This document shows, one piece after another, positions 56,050 through 64,000 of a stretch of 64,000 bases of DNA. The DNA comes from Candidatus Latescibacterota bacterium (GTDB lineage: Bacteria; Latescibacterota; UBA2968; UBA8231). Numbering within the stretch: position 1 is the first letter of the stretch; the number at the start of each line of letters is the position of its first letter. Under the pieces are notes generated by a model that saw only the letters and a list, made by a program, of their open reading frames with translations, had not been told where the DNA came from and ran no database searches. Where the stretch lies: the NCBI GenBank assembly GCA_965223905.1, contig CBDCXV010000001.1, positions 864,001-928,000 on the forward strand. Reading direction: 5' to 3'. The translations under genes and the position numbers were made by a program.

Positions 56050-57129
56050 TCAGTCCGGCAAACCACGCTTCAGGCTGCCCCAACTGGTCGACTCGACCGA
56101 CGTTGTCGGCTGCTCGAACTCGGCTCTGTACAGGCCATGCTCCTGGCTTGGCCGGATGGAGGCGTAGGCGATACCTGGGGCCTGCGGATCGAAAGCGATC
56201 TTGCCGGGCTGAATATCGTGGATGCGGGTCCAATTGTTGCCGCCGTCGACGGTGCGAAAGATGCCACCGCCAAGATGCGACTTGGGGCCAGAGCCAGCGA
56301 GCAGCACACCTTCGTTGTGCGGATCGATGGCGACCGTCCGGATGTTGCCACCTCTCAGTCCGGCATAGTTCCAGCTCGATCCCTGATTGTCACTCCTGAA
56401 AATCCCACCGGGGACCCCGGCGGTGTACATGACAGCCGGCTCGGAGGGGTCCGCAGCAAACGTATCGACGATCAGGTCTCCGACGGGCAGCCCATTGGTG
56501 CTCGATTGCCAGCTCGTCCCGCCATCGCGGCTTCGGAACAAATAGGTGTTGCAACTGCAGTGCCCGGCAGAGAGGAACAGGAGGTCGGGCTGAAGGGGAT
56601 GTATCAGTAGATCGTTATAATGGCCGTAGTACCCAGGTGGACCCGAATAGAGGTGGGTCCAGCTATCTCCGGCGTCTCGACTCTTGAGCACTCCTTCGTC
56701 GGTAGCGGCAAACAATGCCCCGGGATGGTGGGGATCGCTCCCCAGGTGGTAGAACCAATCACCGGAAAAATCCATGAGGGTCCAGGTGTAGCCGCTGTCA
56801 TCCGACTTCAGGAGATAGGGTTGTGTCGTACGGATCCCCAGATACAAAGCCTGCGGGTCGTGTTGATCCACCGCGAATGCCTGGATGTGCCCTTGCCCGT
56901 CCACGAAGACGTCGATATCCAGTAAGCTCACCCACTCATCCCCCCGGTTCGGGGACCAGAGCAGCTCATCCCCGGCAACAGCGTAGAGCCCACCGGGATG
57001 ATGTGGATCGATCTCGAATACGCTGACGCTCTTTTCGTTGGGCTGGATACGATGCCACTCCACCGCCGTCAGCGGTGAGAGCGCAACGGCTATCGATGTC
57101 AGGGCCAAGTGCCAGATCGAGCGTGACAT
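56050..57129 (-). CDS. Secreted BNR/Asp-box beta-propeller protein with C-terminal TSWG.LK motif
   Basis: Signal peptide and repeated S.D.G.(T/S)W boxes. Ends TTSVESTSWGSLKRGLPD. Confidence 0.8.
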   Translation of the reverse strand: MSRSIWHLALTSIAVALSPLTAVEWHRIQPNEKSVSVFEIDPHHPGGLYAVAGDELLWSPNRGDEWVSLLDIDVFVDGQGHIQAFAVDQHDPQALYLGIRTTQPYLLKSDDSGYTWTLMDFSGDWFYHLGSDPHHPGALFAATDEGVLKSRDAGDSWTHLYSGPPGYYGHYNDLLIHPLQPDLLFLSAGHCSCNTYLFRSRDGGTSWQSSTNGLPVGDLIVDTFAADPSEPAVMYTAGVPGGIFRSDNQGSSWNYAGLRGGNIRTVAIDPHNEGVLLAGSGPKSHLGGGIFRTVDGGNNWTRIHDIQPGKIAFDPQAPGIAYASIRPSQEHGLYRAEFEQPTTSVESTSWGSLKRGLPD

Positions 57130-57343
57130 GAACGACCTCCTTCGGACAAGCCACGAGGAAGCTACTTATAGGAAACGCCGGGGACAATGTGGTCGGGCGT
57201 TACTTCCGGTTGCGCCGTCAGATCTGCTGACAGCCGGCATGCCCATCGATTACGGGTGGAGTCTGCAACACTCCCCACCTGCGGACCAGTCGGAGGGCCC
57301 CTATCTTCGCGGCAGCGACCAACCCATCGAAACGGAGGCCACC

Positions 57344-58171
57344 ATGATCATCGACACCCACACCCACTTCTACGATCCCTCCCGGCCCGAAGGCGTGCCC
57401 TGGCCGCCGCCGGACAACAAGCTCCTCTACCGCACCGTGTTGCCCGAGCACTTCATGGCGGAGGCGTCCCCGCACGGGGTGACCGGGACCGTGGTGGTCG
57501 AGGCGGCCTGCACGGTCGAGGACAACCAGTGGATCCTCGACATGGCCGACCGCGACCCCGTCATCGTCGGCTACGTGGGAAGGCTCGAAAGCGGCACCCC
57601 CCAATTCGCGGACCAGGTGGAGCGCTTCTTCGCCCATCCCGTCTTCCGCGGCATCCGCGCCTGGGGTGACCTCGACGGCGGCTTCCTCGACGAGACGAAG
57701 CTGCTGGCCGAGAAGAACCTCGTGCTCGACTGCATGCCGGGTGACGGCGAGGCGCGCGCCGGCTTCCTGCGGCTCGCCCGCGAGCTGCCGGACCTCACCC
57801 TGGTGATCGAACACGTCGCCCACGTGGTGATCGACGGCGGCCCCCCCGATCAGGAATGGGTCGACTTCATCGAAGCCGCGGGCGCCAACGCCAACGTCTA
57901 CATGAAGGTGTCGGCGTATACGGAGAGCAGCGCCGTGCAACCCGCCCCAGCCGAACTCGACTACTACCGGCCGACCCTCGAGGCGATGTGGAACGCTTTC
58001 GGCGAGGAGCGGCTGTTCTTCGGCAGCAACTGGCCGGTGTGCGAGCGGGCCGCGACCTACGCGACCTGCTTCGGCATCGTGCGGGAGTACTTCGATGGGA
58101 AGGGGGCCGAAGCCGCCGAGAAGTTCTTCTGGAAGAACGCGAAGGCGGCCTACGAATGGCCGGACCGCTGA
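57344..58171 (+). CDS. Amidohydrolase family (sugar-lactonase-like) protein
   Basis: Motifs IIDTHTHF, VIEH, VYMKVS and FGEERLFFGSNWPV. Confidence 0.88.
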   Translation: MIIDTHTHFYDPSRPEGVPWPPPDNKLLYRTVLPEHFMAEASPHGVTGTVVVEAACTVEDNQWILDMADRDPVIVGYVGRLESGTPQFADQVERFFAHPVFRGIRAWGDLDGGFLDETKLLAEKNLVLDCMPGDGEARAGFLRLARELPDLTLVIEHVAHVVIDGGPPDQEWVDFIEAAGANANVYMKVSAYTESSAVQPAPAELDYYRPTLEAMWNAFGEERLFFGSNWPVCERAATYATCFGIVREYFDGKGAEAAEKFFWKNAKAAYEWPDR

Positions 58172-58220
58172 GGATCTGGCCGGGCGCTGACCTTGGCTGA
58201 GCCCGCCCGGCCCCTGAGGC

Positions 58221-58958
58221 CTACTCGACCGCGAACAGCCGGTTGCGCGCCGGCAGGCTGACGATCTCCGAGAAATGCCGGACCTGGAGGTCCGGTTGCC
58301 CCGCGTCGATCACGGTCGGCGCCTCGATCACGAAGTCGGCGAAGTGGGGAACGTTGAAGGCGACGAAGGCCAGCGCCAGGCAGTCGACGAGCCGCTCCGG
58401 CCGCTGCGACAGGTCGGGGAAGGCGAGCGGACCGGTGTCGACCTGGTAGATGTCGTCCTCGCGGCGCGTGTTCATCGTCTTCACCGGGCACTCGATCAGG
58501 GCCCGCAGGCCGGTGCTGTCGTCGCCGATCTCGGTCTGCGAGACCAGCGGCGCGAAGCGGTAGGTCTCCTCGCGGACCGCAGCGTTCGAGGGCAGCTCGC
58601 GCACCGCAGACCCTTCGACCAGATGCAGGTCGTAGCCGCCGAACATCTTCTCGTACGGCAGGGTCTGCCGGTAGCGGTCGCTGAGGTAGGCGTGGCGCCG
58701 GAAGATCAGGCCGTAGCCGGCGCTGAAGATCGGCAGGAAGTCGTAGTTGTCCCGAATGAACAGGTCCTTCTCGCCGAAGGTGTTCTCGCTCTTGCAGGAA
58801 GCGGTCTGGTAGAAATCCTCGCAGACCCCCTCGCGGTCGTCGACGATGCGGGTGCGCGACTCGATCCAGAAGCGCACCTCGTTGGCGGCCCCCTTCCCGA
58901 TCAGGAACGAGCGCCCGTAGTCGAGCGGGGTCATGTCGATCTGCTGTCCGTCGGTCAT
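58221..58958 (-). CDS. Conserved-looking hypothetical protein
   Basis: Coding-like codon usage, RBS GGAGG and motif SCKSENTF. No family recognised. Confidence 0.6.
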   Translation of the reverse strand: MTDGQQIDMTPLDYGRSFLIGKGAANEVRFWIESRTRIVDDREGVCEDFYQTASCKSENTFGEKDLFIRDNYDFLPIFSAGYGLIFRRHAYLSDRYRQTLPYEKMFGGYDLHLVEGSAVRELPSNAAVREETYRFAPLVSQTEIGDDSTGLRALIECPVKTMNTRREDDIYQVDTGPLAFPDLSQRPERLVDCLALAFVAFNVPHFADFVIEAPTVIDAGQPDLQVRHFSEIVSLPARNRLFAVE

Positions 58959-59193
58959 AGCGAATCCCTCCATACCCGGCGCCGCGCGAGGCGTCAGTGC
59001 CTGCGCGCGATTAAGTAAGGGCACGAACGAAGTTGAGGACCAACTGCGTCTTTCGCCGATGCTCCCGGGTCCGGGCGGCAGCTACCTAGCGAGGGCAACG
59101 CAGCGAGCCGAATGCAGCGGCGGCCGAATTGACGCGGACGTGCGCGCGCAGGCGCTCGGCATCCGGCGTCCCGAAAGGCGCCGGACAATCCAG

Positions 59194-62100
59194 TCACACA
59201 ACAAAACGATACGCCCCGCGGAACAGCTCGATCCACGGGCTGAAGGCGGATGCGTCCCAGTCTTCGGGGCGGCAGGAAAGCTGCACGTTGCGGAAGACCC
59301 GCTCCGGGTGCGGCATCATGATGGTGACGCGGCCATCGGCGCTGGTCACCGCGGCAACTCCCGCGGTCGAGCCGTTCGGGTTGAACGGGTAGCGGCCGGC
59401 GATCTTCCCGCGGTTGTCGACGTAGCGCATGCCGAGCTGGCGGTTCGCTGACAGCCGCTCGAAACCGCCCTCCGGGAACTCGACACGGCCCTCGCCGTGG
59501 GCGACGGCGATCGGCAGCCGCGACCCCTCCATGCCGGAAAGCAGCACCGATCGCGTCGGCTCGACCTCGACGGTGACCTGGCGCGCCTCGAACTGCTCGC
59601 TGCGGTTGCGGGCGAAGCGCGGCCAGCCCTCGCTGCCGGGAATCAGCGTGGCGAGATGGGCGAGCATCTGGCAGCCGTTGCAGACCCCGAGGGTCACGGT
59701 GCCGGGGCGTTCGAAGAAGGCGGCGAACATGTCGCGGAGCGGCTCGTTGAAGAGGATCGAACGCGCCCACCCGGCGCCGGCCCCGAGCACGTCGCCGTAG
59801 CTGAAGCCCCCGCAGGCGGCCAGCGCCTGGAACCCGGCGAGGTCGGCGCGGCCGTCGATGAGGTCGGTCATGGTGACGTCGACCGCCTCGAACCCGGCGG
59901 CGTTGAAGGCGGCGGCCATCTCGACCTGGCCGTTTATGCCCTGCTCGCGGAGGATGGCGGCGCGCGGAGCCCTCAGGCCGGTCCCGGGCGGTTTGGATTC
60001 GGATTTGTCCGGGGCCGTCGAGGCCGGGTCGAAAGCCACTGCGTAGCGCGGCCCCGGGTCGGAGAAGTCGGCGTTGAACGCCCGCTCCTCTTCGGCGCAG
60101 TCCGGGTTGTCGCGCAGGGCCTGCATGCGGAAGGTCAGCTCGGACCAGGCGGCCTTCAGCTCCGCCGCGGATTCCCGGAAGATTTCGGCACCGTTTTGCC
60201 GGATCACGATATCGCATGGGTCGGCGCGGCCGGCCCCGCCGCTGTCCGGGCCGGTGCCGCCGCTTTCCGGGCGGGCGGGTCCGTCGTTGTCCCGGGGGCC
60301 CGCGCTGCCACTGTCCGGGCCGCTGGGTCCGCTGCTGTCCGGGCGACCGACCATGTGCGCGCAGTCCTCCAGCCCGTGCGCCGCCAGCACCTTCAGCACG
60401 CGCTCGAAATCGGCGCCGCGAACCTGCAGCAGGGCGCCGATCTCCTCGCAGAACAGCGCCGCCAGCGGATCCTCGCCGAGCCCGTCGATGGTCAGCTCCA
60501 GCCCGGTGCGGGCTCCGAAGGCCATCTCCGCCGCGGCGACGAAGAAGCCGCCGTCGGAGCGGTCGTGGTAGGCGAGCAGCAGCCCCCCGGCAATCAGCTC
60601 CTGCACCGCGGCGAACAGCCGCCGCACGTCCTCAGGCTCGATGTCGGGGGTGTCGTCTCCGACCTGGCTGTAGACCTGTGCCAGGCAGGATCCCCCGAGG
60701 CGGTTGCGCCCGCGCCCCAGGTCGATCAGCAGCAGCCGGCTGTCCGCTTCCGGCTTGAGGTCCGGGGTGACCGTGGCGCGGATGTCGGCGACCGGGGCGA
60801 ACGCCGAGACCACCAGGCTCAAGGGGGCGGCGATGGAGTGCTCGCGGCCGCGGCTGTCGCGCCAGGCGGCGCGCATCGACAGGGAGTCCTTGCCGACCGG
60901 AATCGAGACCCCGAGCCGCGGGCAGAACTCCATGCCGACCGCCTCGACGGTGTCGTAGAGGGCGGCGTCCTCCCCTTCCTCGCCGCAGGCGCACATCCAG
61001 TTGGCGGAGAGCTTGACCTTCTCGATGGCGCCGATCCTGGCCGCGGCGATGTTGGTGACCGCCTCGGCGATCGCCATGCGCCCCGAAGCCGGCGGGTCGA
61101 TCAGCGCCAGCGGCGCGCGCTCCCCCATGGCCATGGCCGAGCCGCGAAAGTCGCGGAACGAGGCCGCGGTCACGGCGACGTCGGAGATCGGCGTCTGCCA
61201 GGGGCCCACCATCTGGTCGCGGGCGACGAGCCCGGTGACCGTGCGGTCGGCTATTGTAATGAGAAAGGTCTTGTCGGCGACCGCGGGGAAGCGCAGCAGG
61301 CGCGCGACCGCTGCGGCGATGGTCACCTCCGAAAGGTCGAGGGGATCCGGCCGGCCGCCCCCGCGGGTCACGTCGCGGTGCATGCGCGGCGGCTTGCCGA
61401 GGATGACCTCGAGCGGCATCTCCCCGACCGGGTCGCCGCCCTGCAGCGGGTCGGACACCGAGAGCTTGCCGTCGCCGGTAATCTCGCCGATGACAGCGTA
61501 GAGGCAGCGCTCGCGGCGGGCGAGGCGCTCGAGGCGCTCGAGGTCCTCGGCCCGCACTACCAGCACGTAGCGCTCCTGCGCCTCGTTGCACCAGATCTCC
61601 ATCGGGCTCATGCCCGGGTCGTCGTTGGGGATCGCGCGCAGGTCGAAGCGGGCCCCCTGTCCCTCGACCAGCTCCGGGCAGGCGTTCGACAGCCCGCCGG
61701 CGCCGACGTCGTGGATGCTGACGATGGGGGTGCCGCCGCCCAGGGAGATGCAGCGGCTGATCAGCTCCTGGCAGCGGCGCTGCATCTCCGGGTTGTCCCG
61801 CTGCACCGAGGCGAAGTCGAGGTCGGCGAGGTTGCTGCCGCTGTCCATGCTCGAGGCGTAGCCGCCGCCCAGCCCGATCAGCATCGCCGGCCCCCCGAGC
61901 TGCACCACCCGGTCCCCCGGTTGCGGCTGCATCTTCTCGACCTGTCCGGCGGCGATCAGCCCGACCCCGCCGGCCACCATGATCGGCTTGTGGTAGCCGC
62001 GGTAGCGGCCGGGCGCGGTCTCCTCGAAGGTGCGGAAGAGGCCGAGGATGTTGGGGCGGCCGAACTCGTTGCCGAAGGCGGCGCCGCCGAGGGGGCCGTC

Positions 62101-63201
62101 GGTCATGATCTGCAGCGGCGTCGCCAGGCGCTCCGGGAACTCGGCGAAGTCGCGCTCCCAGGGCTGCGCGAATTCCGGGATGCGCAGGTGGGAGGTGTAG
62201 AAGGCGCAAAGCCCGGCCTGGGACTGGCCGCCGATGCCGGTCGCCCCCTCGTCGCGGATCTCGCCGCCGACCCCGGTCGAGGCCCCGGGAAAGGGAGAGA
62301 TCGCCGTCGGGTGGTTGTGGGTCTCCACCTTGCAGAGGATGTGGTTGAGCTCGTCGCGGTACCCGTAGGCGAAGGGACCCTCCGAGCCGGGGCGGAACGA
62401 CGGCGTCCGCCAGCCCTCGATGACCCCCGCGTTGTCGACGTACGCCTTCACCGTCCCCTGCGGACAGCGCGCGTGGGTGTTGCGGATCATGGCGAACAGG
62501 GAGCGCTCGCGCCGGGCGCCGTCGATGGTCCAGTCGGCGTTGAAGATCTTGTGGCGGCAGTGTTCGGAGTTGACGTTGGCGAACATCACCAGCTCGACGT
62601 CGGTCGGGTCGCGTCGGAGAGCGGCGAAGGCGTTGAACAGGTAGCGGATCTCGTCGTCGGACAGGGCCAGGCCCATCTCCCCATTGGCGCGCACCAGGGC
62701 GGCGGGCCCCTCGGCGAGGGACACCCGCTGCAGCGGCCGCGGGGCGACCTCGGAGAACAGGGGGGCGGCTTCTTGCAGAACCGCCTCGGTCATGCGGTCG
62801 TGCAGCAGGGGCAGCAGGGCGGCGGGGGAGAAAGGGCCGTCTGCGAGGATCCGGTACTCGGTGCCCCGCTCGATGCGGGCGACCGAGGCCAGGCCGCAGT
62901 TGCGCAGGATGTCGGTCGCCTTGGTCGACCAGGGAGAGATCGTCCCGGGGCGGGGGGCGATGCAGATGGTGGTGGCTGCGCTTTTGTCAGGGCCCTCGGT
63001 GGGGGGCCGGTCCGGGCCTGCGAGGTCGCCGAAGACCAGGGCCTCCAGGCGGCGGAGGTCGCCGCCCTGCCAGTGGACGAGGTAGAAATGGCGCGCCTCC
63101 AGCCCCCGGACCGCGGGCTCGGCCTGCCGGCACCGCTGCAGCAGCGCCTCCCGGCGGAAATCGGACAGGGCGTTGGGGCCGGGAAGCCGCAGTATGTTCA
63201 T
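59194..63201 (-). CDS. purL: Phosphoribosylformylglycinamidine synthase (large single-chain PurL)
   Basis: Motifs NSEHCRHKIF, KVETHNHPT, HDVGAGG, GKDSLSM, GGFSYGD, GVCNGCQ and MMPHPER. Confidence 0.97.
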   Translation of the reverse strand: MNILRLPGPNALSDFRREALLQRCRQAEPAVRGLEARHFYLVHWQGGDLRRLEALVFGDLAGPDRPPTEGPDKSAATTICIAPRPGTISPWSTKATDILRNCGLASVARIERGTEYRILADGPFSPAALLPLLHDRMTEAVLQEAAPLFSEVAPRPLQRVSLAEGPAALVRANGEMGLALSDDEIRYLFNAFAALRRDPTDVELVMFANVNSEHCRHKIFNADWTIDGARRERSLFAMIRNTHARCPQGTVKAYVDNAGVIEGWRTPSFRPGSEGPFAYGYRDELNHILCKVETHNHPTAISPFPGASTGVGGEIRDEGATGIGGQSQAGLCAFYTSHLRIPEFAQPWERDFAEFPERLATPLQIMTDGPLGGAAFGNEFGRPNILGLFRTFEETAPGRYRGYHKPIMVAGGVGLIAAGQVEKMQPQPGDRVVQLGGPAMLIGLGGGYASSMDSGSNLADLDFASVQRDNPEMQRRCQELISRCISLGGGTPIVSIHDVGAGGLSNACPELVEGQGARFDLRAIPNDDPGMSPMEIWCNEAQERYVLVVRAEDLERLERLARRERCLYAVIGEITGDGKLSVSDPLQGGDPVGEMPLEVILGKPPRMHRDVTRGGGRPDPLDLSEVTIAAAVARLLRFPAVADKTFLITIADRTVTGLVARDQMVGPWQTPISDVAVTAASFRDFRGSAMAMGERAPLALIDPPASGRMAIAEAVTNIAAARIGAIEKVKLSANWMCACGEEGEDAALYDTVEAVGMEFCPRLGVSIPVGKDSLSMRAAWRDSRGREHSIAAPLSLVVSAFAPVADIRATVTPDLKPEADSRLLLIDLGRGRNRLGGSCLAQVYSQVGDDTPDIEPEDVRRLFAAVQELIAGGLLLAYHDRSDGGFFVAAAEMAFGARTGLELTIDGLGEDPLAALFCEEIGALLQVRGADFERVLKVLAAHGLEDCAHMVGRPDSSGPSGPDSGSAGPRDNDGPARPESGGTGPDSGGAGRADPCDIVIRQNGAEIFRESAAELKAAWSELTFRMQALRDNPDCAEEERAFNADFSDPGPRYAVAFDPASTAPDKSESKPPGTGLRAPRAAILREQGINGQVEMAAAFNAAGFEAVDVTMTDLIDGRADLAGFQALAACGGFSYGDVLGAGAGWARSILFNEPLRDMFAAFFERPGTVTLGVCNGCQMLAHLATLIPGSEGWPRFARNRSEQFEARQVTVEVEPTRSVLLSGMEGSRLPIAVAHGEGRVEFPEGGFERLSANRQLGMRYVDNRGKIAGRYPFNPNGSTAGVAAVTSADGRVTIMMPHPERVFRNVQLSCRPEDWDASAFSPWIELFRGAYRFVV
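60236..60345 (-). repeat. Degenerate 21-24 bp tandem repeat forming an in-frame insertion in purL
   Basis: CCGCCGCTGTCCGGGC-like units at about 60236, 60257, 60281, 60305 and 60329, encoding (G/R)PDS(G/S)(G/S)-type repeats. Confidence 0.75.
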
Positions 63202-63676
63202 GGGCCGTAGTCGGTTACGGGTGTGCCGGAAGCCGGGGGTCGGGGAGGGTGGGAAATCTACCGGCGCCGCAGGAGCCCTTCAAGGGAATCCGGCATGAAA
63301 AGGAGCGATGCGGGAGATCAGCGGGATTAATGTCGGTGAAGCAGGTGGAAAAGGGACGGCTGGCGTACGGCCGTCGATTTCCTTGTCGTGGTTGCGGGGC
63401 CGGGCGGGCAAACCAGGGGGCCGTCTACTTGCAGCCGGAAGGGATCATCCCAGTCCGGACAACGACGCCAAAACTGGATTGTGCTCGTGAATGATCGGTG
63501 CCGAAACCTTGACTTGACGGGAGTTGGGATGGGCGCCCGGTCGTGGCGGAATGTATCCGGAATGTGAGGGAATCTTCACACTCCCGTGCGCTGACCGACC
63601 CAGTCATAGAGCAAGTTCCCCTGAATACAACGGACGGGAGCACGGGTGGTCCGCCCCTTGCTGTGGGACCGGCACC

Positions 63677-64000
63677 ATGCCGGCCACCACACCAGTCCGC
63701 CCACCCGCGTACCGCCGCCGCGAACCGGAAAAGGAGCCCCTCTACCAGATCATGGCGGGGCATCTGGAACCCTTTCTCCAGCACACCCGAACCTCCGAGC
63801 ACCGACTGCCGCTCCCTGTCGAGAAGGAGATGCGCGCCTACCTCGAATGCGGCATTCTGGCCTACGGGTTCGTGCGCGCCCGTTGTGAGGACTGCGGGGC
63901 GAGCCGGGCCGTTGCCTTTTCCTGCAAGAAGCGGGGGTTCTGCCCCTCCTGTTGCGGCCGGCGCATGGCCGATACGGCGGCGCGCCTTGTCGACGACGTG
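63677..64000 (+). mobile_element. IS91-family (rolling-circle) transposase, zinc-binding N-terminus, cut by window end
   Basis: Sequence YRRREPE..PLY...YLECGILAYGFVRARCEDC....VAFSCKKRGFCPSCCGRRM. Confidence 0.88.

Noticed and set aside
59162-59185. Hairpin TCCGGCGTCC-CGAA-AGGCGCCGGA after purL as a terminator
   Set aside because: No U-tract follows, so intrinsic termination is unsupported.
1-64000. Abundant TCGA/CTCGAG as evidence about the RM target site
   Set aside because: Explained by NTC-GAN codon pairs in high-GC genes. It was not counted and says nothing on specificity.
1-64000. tRNA, rRNA or prophage genes
   Set aside because: None recognised by eye. tRNAscan-SE and Infernal would be needed to exclude small RNAs.

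Overview
GC-rich bacterial chromosomal window. Secreted proteins with FlgD-like C-terminal domains or a 'TSWG.LK' tail, sulfatases and many Gfo/Idh/MocA enzymes suggest an FCB-group organism, possibly Latescibacterota-like; this is inference only. The first 21 kb hold three anti-phage loci interspersed with catabolic genes: a type I Zorya operon (zorA, cut by the window start, then zorB-zorC-zorD), an McrB/McrC(DUF2357)-like pair, and an N6A methyltransferase with a XhoI/PaeR7I-like endonuclease. The rest carries sugar and sugar-acid catabolism genes, a fused Hrq1/MrfA-MrfB-like helicase-exonuclease, secreted peptidases, cstA, moaB, purL, an intact IS630 and the start of an IS91-like transposase. 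Less obvious structure was read directly from the sequence. (1) A 164-bp MITE sits exactly in the ATGA overlap of vapB-vapC. (2) A 221-bp MITE splits a BlaI-regulated M56 sensor whose reconstructed C-terminus has an unrecognised Trp-rich repeat and ExbD-like remnants, under a clear promoter with operators. (3) All three toxin-antitoxin pairs have a broken or uncoupled toxin. All calls come from motif recognition by eye; no searches were run, and some frameshifts may be sequencing errors.
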